Below, piece by piece: positions 22,428-33,299 of a stretch of 64,000 bases of DNA. The translations under genes and the position numbers were made by a program. The stretch is taken from positions 7,751 through 71,750 of the forward strand of contig CAWAZO010000008.1 of the NCBI GenBank assembly GCA_963786555.1, given 5' to 3'. Positions within the stretch are counted from its first letter, which is position 1, and each line of letters opens with the position of its first letter. The notes below the pieces were generated by a model that searched no databases, was not told the DNA's origin, and saw only the letters and a program-made list of their open reading frames with translations. Source of the DNA: an uncultured Acidobacteriota bacterium. GTDB lineage: Bacteria; Acidobacteriota; Terriglobia; Terriglobales; Acidobacteriaceae.

Positions 22428-24275
22428 TCAATGATCGCAGTCAGCAGAGCGGCTTTCGCCACTTTCAATTGCCCAGATGGAGCTAGGTGTGCCGTTTGCA
22501 TTGGTGGGTTGCTTTCGATCGTCGGCCGAAGTGGGTCGTTCCGCGCCACCGGCAGCAGCGATGACGGCGAGAAGCTCAGTTTTTCGAACCGGCTTTGAGA
22601 TATAGAAATCCATTCCGCCTGCAAGACAGCGCTCTTGATCACCCTTCATGGCGTGTGCAGTCATGGCAACAATGGGAATGTGTTGGCCCATTGCGCTCTC
22701 CGCTCTACGTATTTTGCGAGTGGCTTCGAATCCGTCCATCTCCGGCATCTCCACGTCCATCAAGATCAGGTCGAAATCCGTTTCGGCATGCCCACGGACA
22801 GCTTCGCGGCCATTGCGCGCGATTTCGACCATGTGCCCTTCGCCCTGAAGTAATCGCATGGCTAGACACTGGTTGATCGGATTATCCTCGGCCACGAGTA
22901 TGCGCAGTTTGGGTTTCGTCGGCACTCCGGCGGCGGAGACAACCTCGACAGAGTTTTCCGCTTGTCCGTGCTCAGGTGCGCCCTCTTCCGCTTTGGCAAA
23001 TAAGACGGCAAAGTGGAATTGACTTCCTCTGCCCGGTTCGCTTTTCACCCAGATACGTCCACCCATCAGCCGAACAATCTGGGAGCAGATGGCTAATCCT
23101 AGACCTGTTCCCCCATACCTGCGAGTGCTTGATACATCAGCTTGTTTAAAAGCTTCGAAGATCTCCTCCTGTTTGTCTATAGGTATGCCGATGCCTGTGT
23201 CCCGCACGACAAAATGCAACCGTACGCTATCACCGCAGTTTTCGTCCAACGTTAGGGCGACAGCAACTTCTCCGCTCTCTGTGAATTTAATTGCGTTCCC
23301 CACCAAGTTCAGCAGAACTTGCCGGAGCCGGCTTCGATCGCCACAGACGCACGCTGGAATTTCAGGGGCGAGTTCGCAGGTCAATTCGAGCTGCTTTTTG
23401 TGTGCGTCGAGCGCCAGCGTGCCTGCCACCTCGTCCAACAGATCGCCGGGTGTAAACCGCACCATCTCCATTTCCAGCTTATCGGCCTCGATCTTGGAGA
23501 AATCGAGGATGTCGTTCAGAATATTCAACAGCGACTCCGCCGATGACCTGACGGTTTGAATCATTTCACGTTGATCGTCGGTAAGTTCGGTTTCGAGCGT
23601 TAACTCGGTCATGCCGATGATGCCGTTCATCGGAGTTCGTATCTCATGGCTCATGTTGGCGAGGAACGAACCCTTGGCGCGGTTCGCCGATTCGGCCGCA
23701 TCTTTCGCTTTTTCAAGGTCTCCGACAACAGCTCGCAATTCGGCGGTCCTCTGTTCCACCAGAGCATCGAGTTCTTCCATGCGCAGCCGCGCCTGCCGCA
23801 TGGCGGTCCACTTCGCGGAAAGGGCATGAGCGAGCTGGCTGACTTCGATGGTGTCGAAAGGTTTCTTGAGGACCACAAAATTGTGTGACACGCCTAGGCA
23901 TTGCACGATCTCTTTCCAGTCGTAATCCGAATACGCAGTGCAAATCACAATCTGCAGATCGGGGTCCGCCTGCCAGAGGTGACCGATGGTTTCGATCCCA
24001 TCCCATCCAGGAGGCATGCGAACATCGATGAAGGCCAGCGCATACGGCTGTTCGGAAGCCTTCGCCTGTTGGACACGAGCGAATCCCTCCTCGCCTTGAA
24101 GAGCGGAATCAATGGTGAAAGTTGCACCGGCCACCTTCGCCGTTCCGAACAGCAGAGCCTCGTCGGCAGCCAATTCCGAATCGATTTCTCTGGGCAAGAG
24201 AATCTTCTTTAAATCCTCGTGGATGGCTTCGTTATCATCTACGATGAGCAGTCGAAAATGAGGTGTTTCGTTCAT
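22428..24275 (-). CDS. Hybrid histidine kinase (REC - HisKA - HATPase_c - REC), cytoplasmic
   Basis: [14 protein letters not shown]...[12 protein letters not shown]; H-box [19 protein letters not shown]; [16 protein letters not shown]; second receiver [11 protein letters not shown]...[13 protein letters not shown]...[10 protein letters not shown]. Confidence 0.9.
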   Translation of the reverse strand: MNETPHFRLLIVDDNEAIHEDLKKILLPREIDSELAADEALLFGTAKVAGATFTIDSALQGEEGFARVQQAKASEQPYALAFIDVRMPPGWDGIETIGHLWQADPDLQIVICTAYSDYDWKEIVQCLGVSHNFVVLKKPFDTIEVSQLAHALSAKWTAMRQARLRMEELDALVEQRTAELRAVVGDLEKAKDAAESANRAKGSFLANMSHEIRTPMNGIIGMTELTLETELTDDQREMIQTVRSSAESLLNILNDILDFSKIEADKLEMEMVRFTPGDLLDEVAGTLALDAHKKQLELTCELAPEIPACVCGDRSRLRQVLLNLVGNAIKFTESGEVAVALTLDENCGDSVRLHFVVRDTGIGIPIDKQEEIFEAFKQADVSSTRRYGGTGLGLAICSQIVRLMGGRIWVKSEPGRGSQFHFAVLFAKAEEGAPEHGQAENSVEVVSAAGVPTKPKLRILVAEDNPINQCLAMRLLQGEGHMVEIARNGREAVRGHAETDFDLILMDVEMPEMDGFEATRKIRRAESAMGQHIPIVAMTAHAMKGDQERCLAGGMDFYISKPVRKTELLAVIAAAGGAERPTSADDRKQPTNANGTPSSIWAIESGESRSADCDH

Positions 24276-25978
24276 GATGCACCGCTCTTTCCAAACGAAT
24301 CCTGGGTCGGTTGTAGAGGAAGTTCCAGTGTGAAGGTAGCGCCCTTGTTCGGACCTTCGCTTTCAACGGTAAGCGTCCCGCCCAGCTGTCGCGCCTCGAG
24401 TGCGCTGAAATGCAATCCAAAACCGTGGCCACCCTTTTTGGTGGTAAATCCGTAAGAGAAGATGCGCACCAAGTTCTCTTGCGGAATGCCCATGCCGTTG
24501 TCTGTTACCTGGATCTTCGCCCGGCTCTGCCCCACACGCAGCAATCGAACCGTGATTTCCCGGCGGATGTCAGCAGCGGACCGCACAGAGTCTTTGGCGT
24601 TACCCACCAGGTTCAACAGAATCTGGAGCACCTTATGACGGTCGGTGATCATGGGCGGCAGGTCGTCGAATTCGCGGCGGACAGCGATGCTGTAGCGGTC
24701 CATGCTGCTCTGCGTAGTTTCCAGAACGTCCTTCAGGAGTGCCTGAGCTGAGACTTTCTCAAACACCCCCGCGGCCTGCGCGTAGGTCTGCTGCATCGCC
24801 ACGATCTGATTCACGTGGCTTACGTGCTGCGCCAGGCGCGCGATTTCCCGGCTCATTTCGTCTCGCTCCTGCACCAGGTGAGTGGAGAGTTTGCCCAAAT
24901 AGGGAAGAATTCGCTGGCCGCGAGGATCCTCCGCCACAAAATTACCGAAGTCTCGCTGGTGTTCTTGTAGCAGTCGGACCAGCTCGCCAAGCTGGCCGAG
25001 GCGCGACCCGCGCAGGCGATCGGCCACAATCGTGACGGAAACGTTGATACTGTTCAGCACGTTGCCTACGTTATGAAGAACGCCCGTAGCGACCTCGGCC
25101 ATTCCCGAGAGACGCGAGAGGTCGATTAGGCGTTTCTGCGCGTCCGCCAGTTCGGCATGGGCCCGGTCCTTGGCGACGACCTGCTCGCTCAATTCCTGGG
25201 TGCGTTCGGCCACACGGCGTTCCAAGTCTTGCTTGGCATCCGACAATTCCTGGTCGCGGTGCAGGATTGCATCCGCCATACTATTAAAGGCATTGGCCAG
25301 TCGCTCGATTTCGTCTCTGCTCCTGATGTCGGCGCGAGCCGTCAAATCGCCGCTCGCCACTTGTTCCACTACCGCTTGCAATCGTAGAATCGGCCCGACA
25401 AGGTAGTGGGCGTACGCCACCGACGCGAGCAGGCTGAGCAATATACAAACGACAGCCAGTATTAAGGTCCGACGATAGACCTGTCTTGCGCTGCTGTCAT
25501 AGGATTCCAGCGATAGCCCGACGTGAATCCACCCCCATTCCATACCGTTATAGTTAAAAGGAACGGCGTAGTGGAACAGGCGCTTGCCTATAATTGGCAC
25601 CACTTCGATATGACCGGTGGTAAGCCGTAACGAGGGGCGCCAATAGTTGTCGATACTCTGCTGGACGCGCCAGCCGTTCCGTTTCACCAAAACCGAGAAG
25701 CCGTCGTATTTTGTGATCACCAGAAAATCAACGGCTTGGTCGCCTGCCAGAACCTGCATGGCGTGTTCGACGACCGAGGAGTAATCTTCCGAGATTGCGG
25801 CCCCCGCGACTTCTCCTTCCAATGCGGCCGCCACACCGCGTGCCTTTGACTCCAATCCAGCCTGCAGATTGCGTTTCTGCTCCGGAATGATGATGGTGAC
25901 AAAGATACTCAGGGTGAGGAGCGTGACCGTCCAGGCCAGCAGAGTCATCCGGCGCGTGATTCCAGCGACCCTCAACAT
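24272..25978 (-). CDS. Membrane sensor histidine kinase with HAMP domain
   Basis: N-terminal TM, periplasmic region, second TM, HAMP ([34 protein letters not shown]), [13 protein letters not shown]-box, [20 protein letters not shown] overlap with the downstream hybrid kinase. Confidence 0.85.
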   Translation of the reverse strand: MLRVAGITRRMTLLAWTVTLLTLSIFVTIIIPEQKRNLQAGLESKARGVAAALEGEVAGAAISEDYSSVVEHAMQVLAGDQAVDFLVITKYDGFSVLVKRNGWRVQQSIDNYWRPSLRLTTGHIEVVPIIGKRLFHYAVPFNYNGMEWGWIHVGLSLESYDSSARQVYRRTLILAVVCILLSLLASVAYAHYLVGPILRLQAVVEQVASGDLTARADIRSRDEIERLANAFNSMADAILHRDQELSDAKQDLERRVAERTQELSEQVVAKDRAHAELADAQKRLIDLSRLSGMAEVATGVLHNVGNVLNSINVSVTIVADRLRGSRLGQLGELVRLLQEHQRDFGNFVAEDPRGQRILPYLGKLSTHLVQERDEMSREIARLAQHVSHVNQIVAMQQTYAQAAGVFEKVSAQALLKDVLETTQSSMDRYSIAVRREFDDLPPMITDRHKVLQILLNLVGNAKDSVRSAADIRREITVRLLRVGQSRAKIQVTDNGMGIPQENLVRIFSYGFTTKKGGHGFGLHFSALEARQLGGTLTVESEGPNKGATFTLELPLQPTQDSFGKSGAS

Positions 25979-25999
25979 GGCGGCTCCGTCAACATATTC

Positions 26000-26950
26000 T
26001 CAAAGCTTTCTCTTCGCCGGGCTCGCTGCATGCAGAGCAAGCACTCGGTCATATTGGCGCATCATTTCCAGCGCGCTGGCCATCACGGAACCTGATCGCA
26101 GGACGAACCCGCTCGACTGGTACAACGCCACGATTTGCTGCCCGCCTGGCACCGACGTGATATGCAGAATTGTGTCGATCAAGGACTGTTTGGCTTCCAC
26201 ATTGCAATTCCGGCGGAAGCAGGTTGCGATGGGAATGACCTTCGGAGAGACTGCCAGGAATCGGAGGCTCCGGCCAAGCTGCGGGTTGAGCTCAACTGCG
26301 GTATTCCAGTGCTGGCGCGCCAGAAAAGCCGCGTCCAGCCGGCGGAAAAAAACCGGAAGCGCAACCTGGGTCAAGCTGTCGCGGAACAGTTGGCCGCCGA
26401 AGAAATGTTCTGCCAAAGGCAAATTGTTCGCGGCCAGTAGTGTGCCCAACCAGGCCGGAAGCAAGGCCATGTCGCGATGATGATGGATCACGACCTGCGC
26501 GCCGTGAAGGTCCGCCAATTTCTTGAACGGACTGTCATTATGGACCAGCAGAACATATTCCATGCCGTTGGGATAATCCTGCAGCAGTACGGAGTTGCGG
26601 TCGGTCAACTCAACGACCTTGGCGTATTCCGGAGCAGTAATTCCATAGCAATCGATCGTCCCTTGCCGAATCATACGAATGAGTTGCTCGGAAGGAACGA
26701 AGATTTCCGGGACGACTTCGGCTTGGATCGGCCCCCGATGACGGGTGACCTCCTGTATCCAGACCTTGTATGCAGCCCGCGCATCGTTGATATTGGCTCC
26801 CGCCAAAGTCTCGGTACTGACCGCTACGCGTAGAACCCGCTTCTCACTGTCGCCCAAGCAAGAAAGCGGCGCCAGGGTCGTCGCCGCCGCGCCCGCAAGC
26901 AGGGCGAGACATTGCCTCCGGTTCATGCGCATGCCTGTGGAACCTGTCAT
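26000..26950 (-). CDS. Periplasmic PhnD-like (phosphonate/solute-binding fold) protein, likely sensor partner
   Basis: Tat-like signal MNRRQCLALLAGAAATTLAP. VLRVAVS...GTIDCYGITAPEY pattern of type-2 binding proteins. 21 nt upstream of the kinase gene. Confidence 0.6.
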   Translation of the reverse strand: MTGSTGMRMNRRQCLALLAGAAATTLAPLSCLGDSEKRVLRVAVSTETLAGANINDARAAYKVWIQEVTRHRGPIQAEVVPEIFVPSEQLIRMIRQGTIDCYGITAPEYAKVVELTDRNSVLLQDYPNGMEYVLLVHNDSPFKKLADLHGAQVVIHHHRDMALLPAWLGTLLAANNLPLAEHFFGGQLFRDSLTQVALPVFFRRLDAAFLARQHWNTAVELNPQLGRSLRFLAVSPKVIPIATCFRRNCNVEAKQSLIDTILHITSVPGGQQIVALYQSSGFVLRSGSVMASALEMMRQYDRVLALHAASPAKRKL

Positions 26951-26971
26951 GTTTCATTCCTTGCCCCGGCC

Positions 26972-28510
26972 TCAGTGACCGGAGACGAACTTGGACTGAA
27001 GGTCTCTGCCCGCCACCAGATCGATCCTGGATTGCAGGGCCCGGCGGTCATAGATAGCTTTGTCATGCGCCGCTGAGACCAAGGCTTCCTGCAACTGCGC
27101 GCGGATCACTTTCTCGGTGGAGACCAATGCGCTTTGATACGCACGCACCGTCAGCTCGCGGTCCTCCTGCGCTGCTCTCATCGCATCTTGCGTGGCCTGG
27201 CAGACTTTCTGCGACGCGTCCAGTTCCAGGAACAGGTCCCTGATCTGGAGACCGAGCCCCTCGCGCAACAGCAGCTTCTTCTCCTGGAGCTGGTGGATGC
27301 GGGCGCGTGCCTCCGCCACCTTGGCGGCGGTAAGAAAGCCATTGAATACCGGGATCTCGATTCCGACGCCCACCGTCCAGCCGGCGCGATTCTGCGGGGT
27401 GGAAATGCCACCGTTGTAGTCGTTCCACCAGCGATGCAGTTCACCCTTAAGGCCGATCTTCGGATAGTACCCGCTGACGGCCGTCAGTCGCTCGCCCTCG
27501 AGCGCCCGCAAACCCGCGTCGATCTTGGCCCAATCAGGGTTAAACTCATAGGCTGATGAAACCATTTCATCCAGATTTCCGGGATAATCCTGGTAAGGTA
27601 CCTCCTGCTCTGCGGGAGTGACGCTCGATTTCCAGGGCAAGCCGATCGTGTAGGCTAAGGCAGCCTCGGCGGAGGCCTCGTTCTTTTCGAGCGGCGGGAT
27701 CATGGAGCGGACGCTTTCGACCATGACCTTGTTGTCGAGATAGTCGGTTTTGTTGACCGCCCCTGAACCCTCCTGGTAGAGCGTTTCGGTCAGGCGCAGC
27801 GTGGCTTCCATGCGCTCCAGAGTGTCCTGGCCGAGTTGGTGAAGCTGGCGGGCGAGCACTGCACCGTAGTAAATCCGGATCACACTGTCGGTGAGTTCCA
27901 GATCGGTGCGGCGCGACTCGGCGCGAGCCGCATCCAGGCCGCCGAGCGACTGCTCCCGATATCCACGCCGCATGCCGCCATCGAGCAGCAGCCAATTGAA
28001 ATCGCCCTCCACCGTCTCCGTGGTGGGGTTAAGCAGCTTGACAGTTTGCGCGGGAACGGCAAAGACCTGTGCGCTGGTGTTGACCGTCTGTCCCGAAAAG
28101 CTGACGGGAAGCTGGGTGGCCGGAGATCCCGGCCCCAGAAAGTTGGCTGGGATGGCGACGGTCGCATTCCCGGCAGGAACAGCAACGGCCTGCGCCGGGA
28201 TGTACATCGTACTCGCCGGAAAAACAAAGTTAAGCGCCTGGTCCAGACGCGTGACCCCGCCCTGGACGCTCAACTGCGGCCAATACCCGGCCAATGCTTG
28301 GCGATGCTGCGCTTCAGCCACGGCGACGGCGAAGCGGCTGGCCGGCCGGCTGTGGTTTTTCTCCAGGGCGATGCGCAGGCAGTCATTCAGCGAAAGCGTC
28401 TGTCGCTCGGCCGCCGCTGTAGCTTGGCAGTAGCCCGTGGCTCCGGTGAGCAGTTGCAGAGCAGTCAACAGGAAAGAGCACATCCCGTTTCTGAAAGCAT
28501 TCCTCTGCAT
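26972..28510 (-). CDS. TolC-family outer membrane channel
   Basis: Signal peptide. LSLNDCLRIALEKNHSRPASRFAVAVAEAQHRQALAGYWPQLSVQGG and a second repeat half. 512 aa. Confidence 0.85.
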   Translation of the reverse strand: MQRNAFRNGMCSFLLTALQLLTGATGYCQATAAAERQTLSLNDCLRIALEKNHSRPASRFAVAVAEAQHRQALAGYWPQLSVQGGVTRLDQALNFVFPASTMYIPAQAVAVPAGNATVAIPANFLGPGSPATQLPVSFSGQTVNTSAQVFAVPAQTVKLLNPTTETVEGDFNWLLLDGGMRRGYREQSLGGLDAARAESRRTDLELTDSVIRIYYGAVLARQLHQLGQDTLERMEATLRLTETLYQEGSGAVNKTDYLDNKVMVESVRSMIPPLEKNEASAEAALAYTIGLPWKSSVTPAEQEVPYQDYPGNLDEMVSSAYEFNPDWAKIDAGLRALEGERLTAVSGYYPKIGLKGELHRWWNDYNGGISTPQNRAGWTVGVGIEIPVFNGFLTAAKVAEARARIHQLQEKKLLLREGLGLQIRDLFLELDASQKVCQATQDAMRAAQEDRELTVRAYQSALVSTEKVIRAQLQEALVSAAHDKAIYDRRALQSRIDLVAGRDLQSKFVSGH

Positions 28511-28870
28511 ACCTTGCCTATCGGTAGAATTCGGTTGTGCCTTAGCATTTCCGCGAGATTCGTTCCGTGGAGAGGAGTTCGCAGAAGCTACCGAGGTGTG
28601 GGCAACATCGCGCCGACCGTAATCCGATATCTCGATGCACGTGCGTGCGATGGTAAAGGCACTTCCGGATTGTCGGCAAACCGGCAGTTACGAGTCGATT
28701 AATATGCAACACCCTGTCTGCAATGGGCGAGTATGCGATTCTCTCTAGCCTATCCTCGTGAGTATTTTCGCCAGGAGGCCCGCACCTAAGACTTGCACAG
28801 CGGGAGCATCGGCGTCTGGTGTCGGTGCTAACCAGCCCCTAGCCGACCCGATTCGACCCGGAATTTATCT

Positions 28871-28898
28871 TGACAATTGGTGATCTCACATTAACTTG
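28871..28898 (+). promoter_or_regulatory. Candidate sigma70-type promoter upstream of the IclR gene
   Basis: TTGACA - 16 nt - TAACTT, about 55 nt upstream of ATG 28953. Confidence 0.3.
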
Positions 28899-28952
28899 AC
28901 CCCACGCAATAACAGTATGGCGTCCTGTCAGGCAGAACGGCAGGCATAAGAA

Positions 28953-29787
28953 ATGATGGTGGGCAAAGGCCCTAAAGCCGAAGAAGGTGTAGCGGCAGTC
29001 GAGCGCGCAGTGTCAATCCTGAGAGCTTTTGACGAGCGCTCTCCCGCGCTGACGCTGGCGGAACTGGCTTCGCGCACCGGTTTATAAGAGCACCATCTCA
29101 CGCCTGCTGGTTTCGCTGCGGCGTTGTGGTTTCGTTGAGCGCGATAGCTTGGTCCGCCATCGCATTGGGCCGCAGGCATGGTCCGTGGGGTCGCTGTTCG
29201 CCGTCGATCTGACGCTGGAAAAGATTCTCCGCCCAATCATGGAGGATCTCTCGACTGCCACGCGCGAGACGGTCGCCTATTATGTGCCACTGCCCGGCAC
29301 CCAGCCGCCGATGCGCATGTGCATCCTGCGCGTCGATCCCATGCGCCGCATACGTGACGCGCTTTATCTGGGCAACCGCATACCGATCGACATCGGCGCT
29401 GGCGGGGTGGTTATACGCGCCTTCAGCGGACCTCCATTGCTTAAAAAAGACGACGCGATTCGGGAAGAGCGGGCACATGTCTCCTGGGGCGAAATTGATC
29501 CGGAAGTTTGCGCCATCGGTGCCCCCGTGCTCGGACACGACGGGCGCGCCCTGGGGGCGCTGGTAGTATCTGCTCCCCAGGCGCGGCACGACATGGCTTG
29601 GGCGATCGCGATGAAAGCGGTGCTGCGCGAGGCGGCCGACAGGGCGGGCCGAAACCTGAGATTGCTGGAAGATTTTTCCAGGCCGCGAGTGCAGGACGGC
29701 GGCGAGACTATCAGGCAGGCGGCAAAGCGCGGCGCTGAACCGGGTATAGCCCCCCGATTCTGCGCTGTTACAGGACAGGAAACATGA
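28953..29787 (+). CDS. IclR-family transcriptional regulator; one frame break near 29085
   Basis: AVERAVSILRAFDERSPALTLAELASRTGL then (next frame) YKSTISRLLVSLRRCGFVERD...RIGPQAWSVGSLF. The effector domain continues in ORF 29149..29787. Confidence 0.75.
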
Positions 29788-30240
29788 TCGAACTCGCTTG
29801 TGACGTATTGGTGGTTGGAGCCGGGGCTGCCGGAAGCCGTGCCGCCCTGGAAGCCAAGCGATGTCATCCGGAACTCAGAGTGGTTCTGGCCATTGCCGGC
29901 AGGCAGTGCAAGACTGGCAGCACGCAATTGATCGCCTCCGAGAGTCTGGGAATCAACGCACCCTTCAACTTCGCCGGCGATGCGACAGCCCTGACGTTTA
30001 TTACCAGGACATGCTGGCAACCGGCGGCGGGCTTAACGATCCCGCGCTTTGCCGCATCATCGCCGACGAATCCTGCGAGCGCATTCAAGACCTAACCTCG
30101 CTCGGCATGGCTTTCGATTGCTCGGCGGGCGTTCCTATCAAACCAAGCTCTCCGGCTGCACCAAGGCGCGTTCTTTGACTTGCGGCGGCTCGACCGGGGT
30201 GGAGATGCTGCGGGCCTTGGCCAAGGGCCACGCCGAAGCG
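29784..30240 (+). pseudogene. N-terminal remnant of an FAD-dependent oxidoreductase (SdhA/FrdA/NadB-like), frame-broken and truncated
   Basis: CDVLVVGAGAAGSRAALEA; SPDVYYQDMLATGGGLNDPALCRIIADESCERIQDLTSLGMAFD; YQTKLSGCTKARSLTCGGSTGVEMLRAL. These lie in three frames and only about 150 aa are present. Confidence 0.6.
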
Positions 30241-30583
30241 GGCGTGCCTGGCGACGGTCTTCACACTACTGGGAGCATACTCCACCTCCACGTGGCCGGC
30301 AGTCACTTTTCTCACGTTGGCGGTAGCCAGCTTCAGCCTGGCTACCGGTTCAATCCAGACGATGATGGTTGACATCGCACCGCCCAATCACGTCGCAACC
30401 CTGGGATCGCTGCAAAATTTCCTTGGCAATATCGGTGGCGCTATGGCTCCACTGGTAACCGGAATTCTGCTGGCCAGGACGAAGAGCTTTACGGTCCCAT
30501 TGATAGTCACTGCCTGTGTGGCGGTGTTTTCCGGCAGCAGTAACGGAGATGACGACAATGGAAAAGATTCTTCACGCACGTAA
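30240..30583 (+). pseudogene. C-terminal remnant of an MFS (ACS/DgoT-like) transporter
   Basis: TVFTLLGAYSTSTWPAVTFLTLAVASFSLATGSIQTMMVDIAPPNHVATLGSLQNFLGNIGGAMAPLVTGILL. Only the last 3-4 helices are present. Confidence 0.55.
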
Positions 30584-30968
30584 GGTTGTAGGCGGCAAGA
30601 CGCGGGGGCCCGCGCTGGTGACGGCCGAGCCGATCTGCTTTCTGGGCGGGGTCGACGTTAAGACCGGCATCATCACCGAGGTCGGCCATCCGCTCAAAGG
30701 CAAGAGCATTGCCGGCAAGGTCCTGGTCTTCCCGACCGGCAAAGGTTCGACGGGCGGCTCTTACCTGATCTACGAAGCGGTCAGCAATGGCGTCGGCCCG
30801 TGCGCCATGATCAATCGCAACGTCGAGCAGGTGACGGCGATCGGCTGCATCATCTCCGAGATTCCGATGGTGGACAAGTGCGATTGCGACCCGATCGCGG
30901 CGATCAAAGACGGTGACATCGTCGAAGTAGACGCCGACGCGGGAATCGTGAAAGTCACCTCGGCCTGA
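30558..30968 (+). CDS. Aconitase X swivel-domain small subunit (DUF126 / AcnX_S)
   Basis: MEKILHARKVVGGKTRGPALVT...GKSIAGKVLVFPTGKGSTGGSYLIYEAVSNGVGPCAMI. 136 aa from ATG 30558. Confidence 0.7.
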   Translation: MEKILHARKVVGGKTRGPALVTAEPICFLGGVDVKTGIITEVGHPLKGKSIAGKVLVFPTGKGSTGGSYLIYEAVSNGVGPCAMINRNVEQVTAIGCIISEIPMVDKCDCDPIAAIKDGDIVEVDADAGIVKVTSA

Positions 30969-31108
30969 CACTTGAAGTGGCATCCTGAGCAAGCCGGGTC
31001 CTCCGGCAGACGCCGTTGTTGCGTCTGCCGGATGCCGGCGCTCCGTTTCAGGATGACAGTCCAGGGGCAGGTATATACCATCAGTAACAACTCTGGAACG
31101 AGGATTCC

Positions 31109-31774
31109 ATGTCCGAATTCGATACCAAGTATCGCCAGCGGTTGCTGCGGCTTTCGACCACCAACATAGCCGACGCGCTCGATGCGCTGAGCCTGAAGGG
31201 CGCGACCTATGGCATCCGTCCGCTGTGGGAGAGCGCGGGCAAGATCGTCGGCCGGGCGGTCACGCTGAAGATTACCGCTGCGGGACTGACCAAGGGCAAA
31301 ACTCATCTGGGCGTCAAGGCGATTGAGGCAGGCGAGCGCGGCGACATCATTGTCATCGATAATGGCGGGCGCCTGGACACCTCTTGCTGGGGCGGAATTC
31401 TCGCCAACGGCGCCAAGATGAAGGGCCTCAGCGCCGTGGTAGTCGATGGCGCCGTGCGCGATCTCGACGACTGCATCGATGTCCAGTTCCCGGTCTATGC
31501 CCGAGGAACGGTAGTGGCTACCGCCCGCGGCCGGATCATGGAAGAGGCGACCAACATCATGATCCAGTTCGCCGGAGTGCAAGTCCGGCCCGGGGACGTG
31601 GTCATGGGCGACCGCAGCGGTGTCGTGATCATTCCCCAGGAAAGGCTGGACGAGGTTCTGGTCAAAGCCGAGGAACTCTACGACAAAGAGGAGCAGATGG
31701 TGGCGGAGATCAGGGCAGGCGCCTCCATGCTGGAAGTGGACACCAAGTACGGTTACGAAAAGATGCTCAAGTAA
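31109..31774 (+). CDS. RraA-family protein (HMG/CHA aldolase / oxaloacetate decarboxylase-like)
   Basis: LSTTNIADALDAL...CWGGILANGAKMKGLSAVVVDGAVRDLDD. Confidence 0.75.
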   Translation: MSEFDTKYRQRLLRLSTTNIADALDALSLKGATYGIRPLWESAGKIVGRAVTLKITAAGLTKGKTHLGVKAIEAGERGDIIVIDNGGRLDTSCWGGILANGAKMKGLSAVVVDGAVRDLDDCIDVQFPVYARGTVVATARGRIMEEATNIMIQFAGVQVRPGDVVMGDRSGVVIIPQERLDEVLVKAEELYDKEEQMVAEIRAGASMLEVDTKYGYEKMLK

Positions 31775-31804
31775 GCGCACCGGGAGAGAGAGGAATGATC
31801 AAGC

Positions 31805-32457
31805 GTGGATCAGGCGATTATCGAAGGTTTTAAGAAATTCGATACGACCAGCGTGTCGGATGCGCTGGATAGGCTCGGTATAGTCGGCGGTTTGCACGGC
31901 ATCCGCCCGGTGATTGCAGAAACAAAGTTCTGCGGTCCTGCCTTTACCGTGCACTACGTTCCCTGCGGAACCATTAAAGGCACAGTCGGCGACTTTCTGG
32001 ATGATGTTGCGCCGGGGCAGGTAGTGGTACTGGACAATGGAGGGCGCACCTATTGCACCGTTTGGGGCGACCTCATGACCATCAACGCCTCAATGCGCGG
32101 TATTGCCGGAACTGTAATCGATGGAGTCTGCCGCGATGTCCCGGGGATTCGCCAAGTTGAAATACCCGATCTTCACCCGCGGCTGCTACATGGTGACGGG
32201 CAAGGACCGCGTTCAGTGCGATGGCGTGAACGTTCCGGTGGCAATTTCCGGAGTACAGGTCAAAGCCGGGCGATATTCTGATGGGTGACGATAGCGGCGC
32301 ACTGGTCATTCCCGGCGAAAGAGCGGAGGAAGTTTATCGCGTCGCCGAAGAGATTGCTAAGAAGGAAGAGATTATTGAGCGAGAAGTTCGCAAAGGAGTG
32401 TCACTTCGGGAGGCCCGGGGAAAAATGGGATATCACCAACTTCAGACCCGGAAATAA
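31805..32457 (+). CDS. Second RraA-family paralog; two frame breaks (about 32155 and 32262)
   Basis: FDTTSVSDALDRLGI...TVWGDLMTINASMRGIAGTVIDGVCRDVPGI, then KYPIFTRGCYMVTGKDRVQCDGVNVPVAISGVQV, then KPGDILMGDDSGALVIPGERAEEVYRVAEEIAKKE in successive +1 frames. Confidence 0.7.
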
Positions 32458-32800
32458 CCGGCGCCCGTCAGCGAGTGCTGAAGCACAAACTCCTCGATGA
32501 GCAAGGTGGGGCTTGCACATTCTTGGCAATCAGGGAGTGACATATCTTGAGACTGTCCGGCGCGCATGGAGCCGGCTTGCCGGCTGGCACAGGCGCTGCT
32601 CTACTTGGCCCGCTAATGGCTTTAATTTGGCGATGATCTTTCCTTGCAGGAATCGGCAGAGGTCACGGCCTCGACCCTGAGCTTGATGGTGGCGGCAAAT
32701 CAGCCGCGCTCGACGGGGTGATGCAGTCCCGGCTGCCAGAAGGTGGCAGCCAAACGGCGGCCACCGCATTCGACTCTGCTCTGCAAGTTTTTGAAGAAAT

Positions 32801-32875
<75 letters not shown>

Positions 32876-33299
32876 CATCGGTGAGCATTCTTAAAGTAGC
32901 GAAAAACGCCGAAAATGTCCATCATTCATCAGTGGGAAATGGCGCGGAAATGTCCATTGGGCGCCTTATAAAGCGCGGCGCTTGCTCCAGAGCATTTCAT
33001 AACCGGTATCCTCTACAGGTCATCGCCAAACCGGATGTTATTCCGCAATCGTCAAGCCCTTGCCGGGTGTGCGTTTCCGCGGGCGCTGGTACACGTTCCG
33101 CGAATCTGTTCTGTCCAACCGGCGGTGTCGTGGCCCCAGGGTTCAGCGCATTTTTCAGCCGCCGGTCCGGAAGCCGGGGTGACTACAGACCAGACGATAT
33201 AGGTACAATGGTCGCGACTCCCGTGTGCAATCGTATTCGAAGCCGAATCGAAGTTGGGCCGCGTGTTGCCCGGGCAAGGAAAGGACAAAGATAAACATC

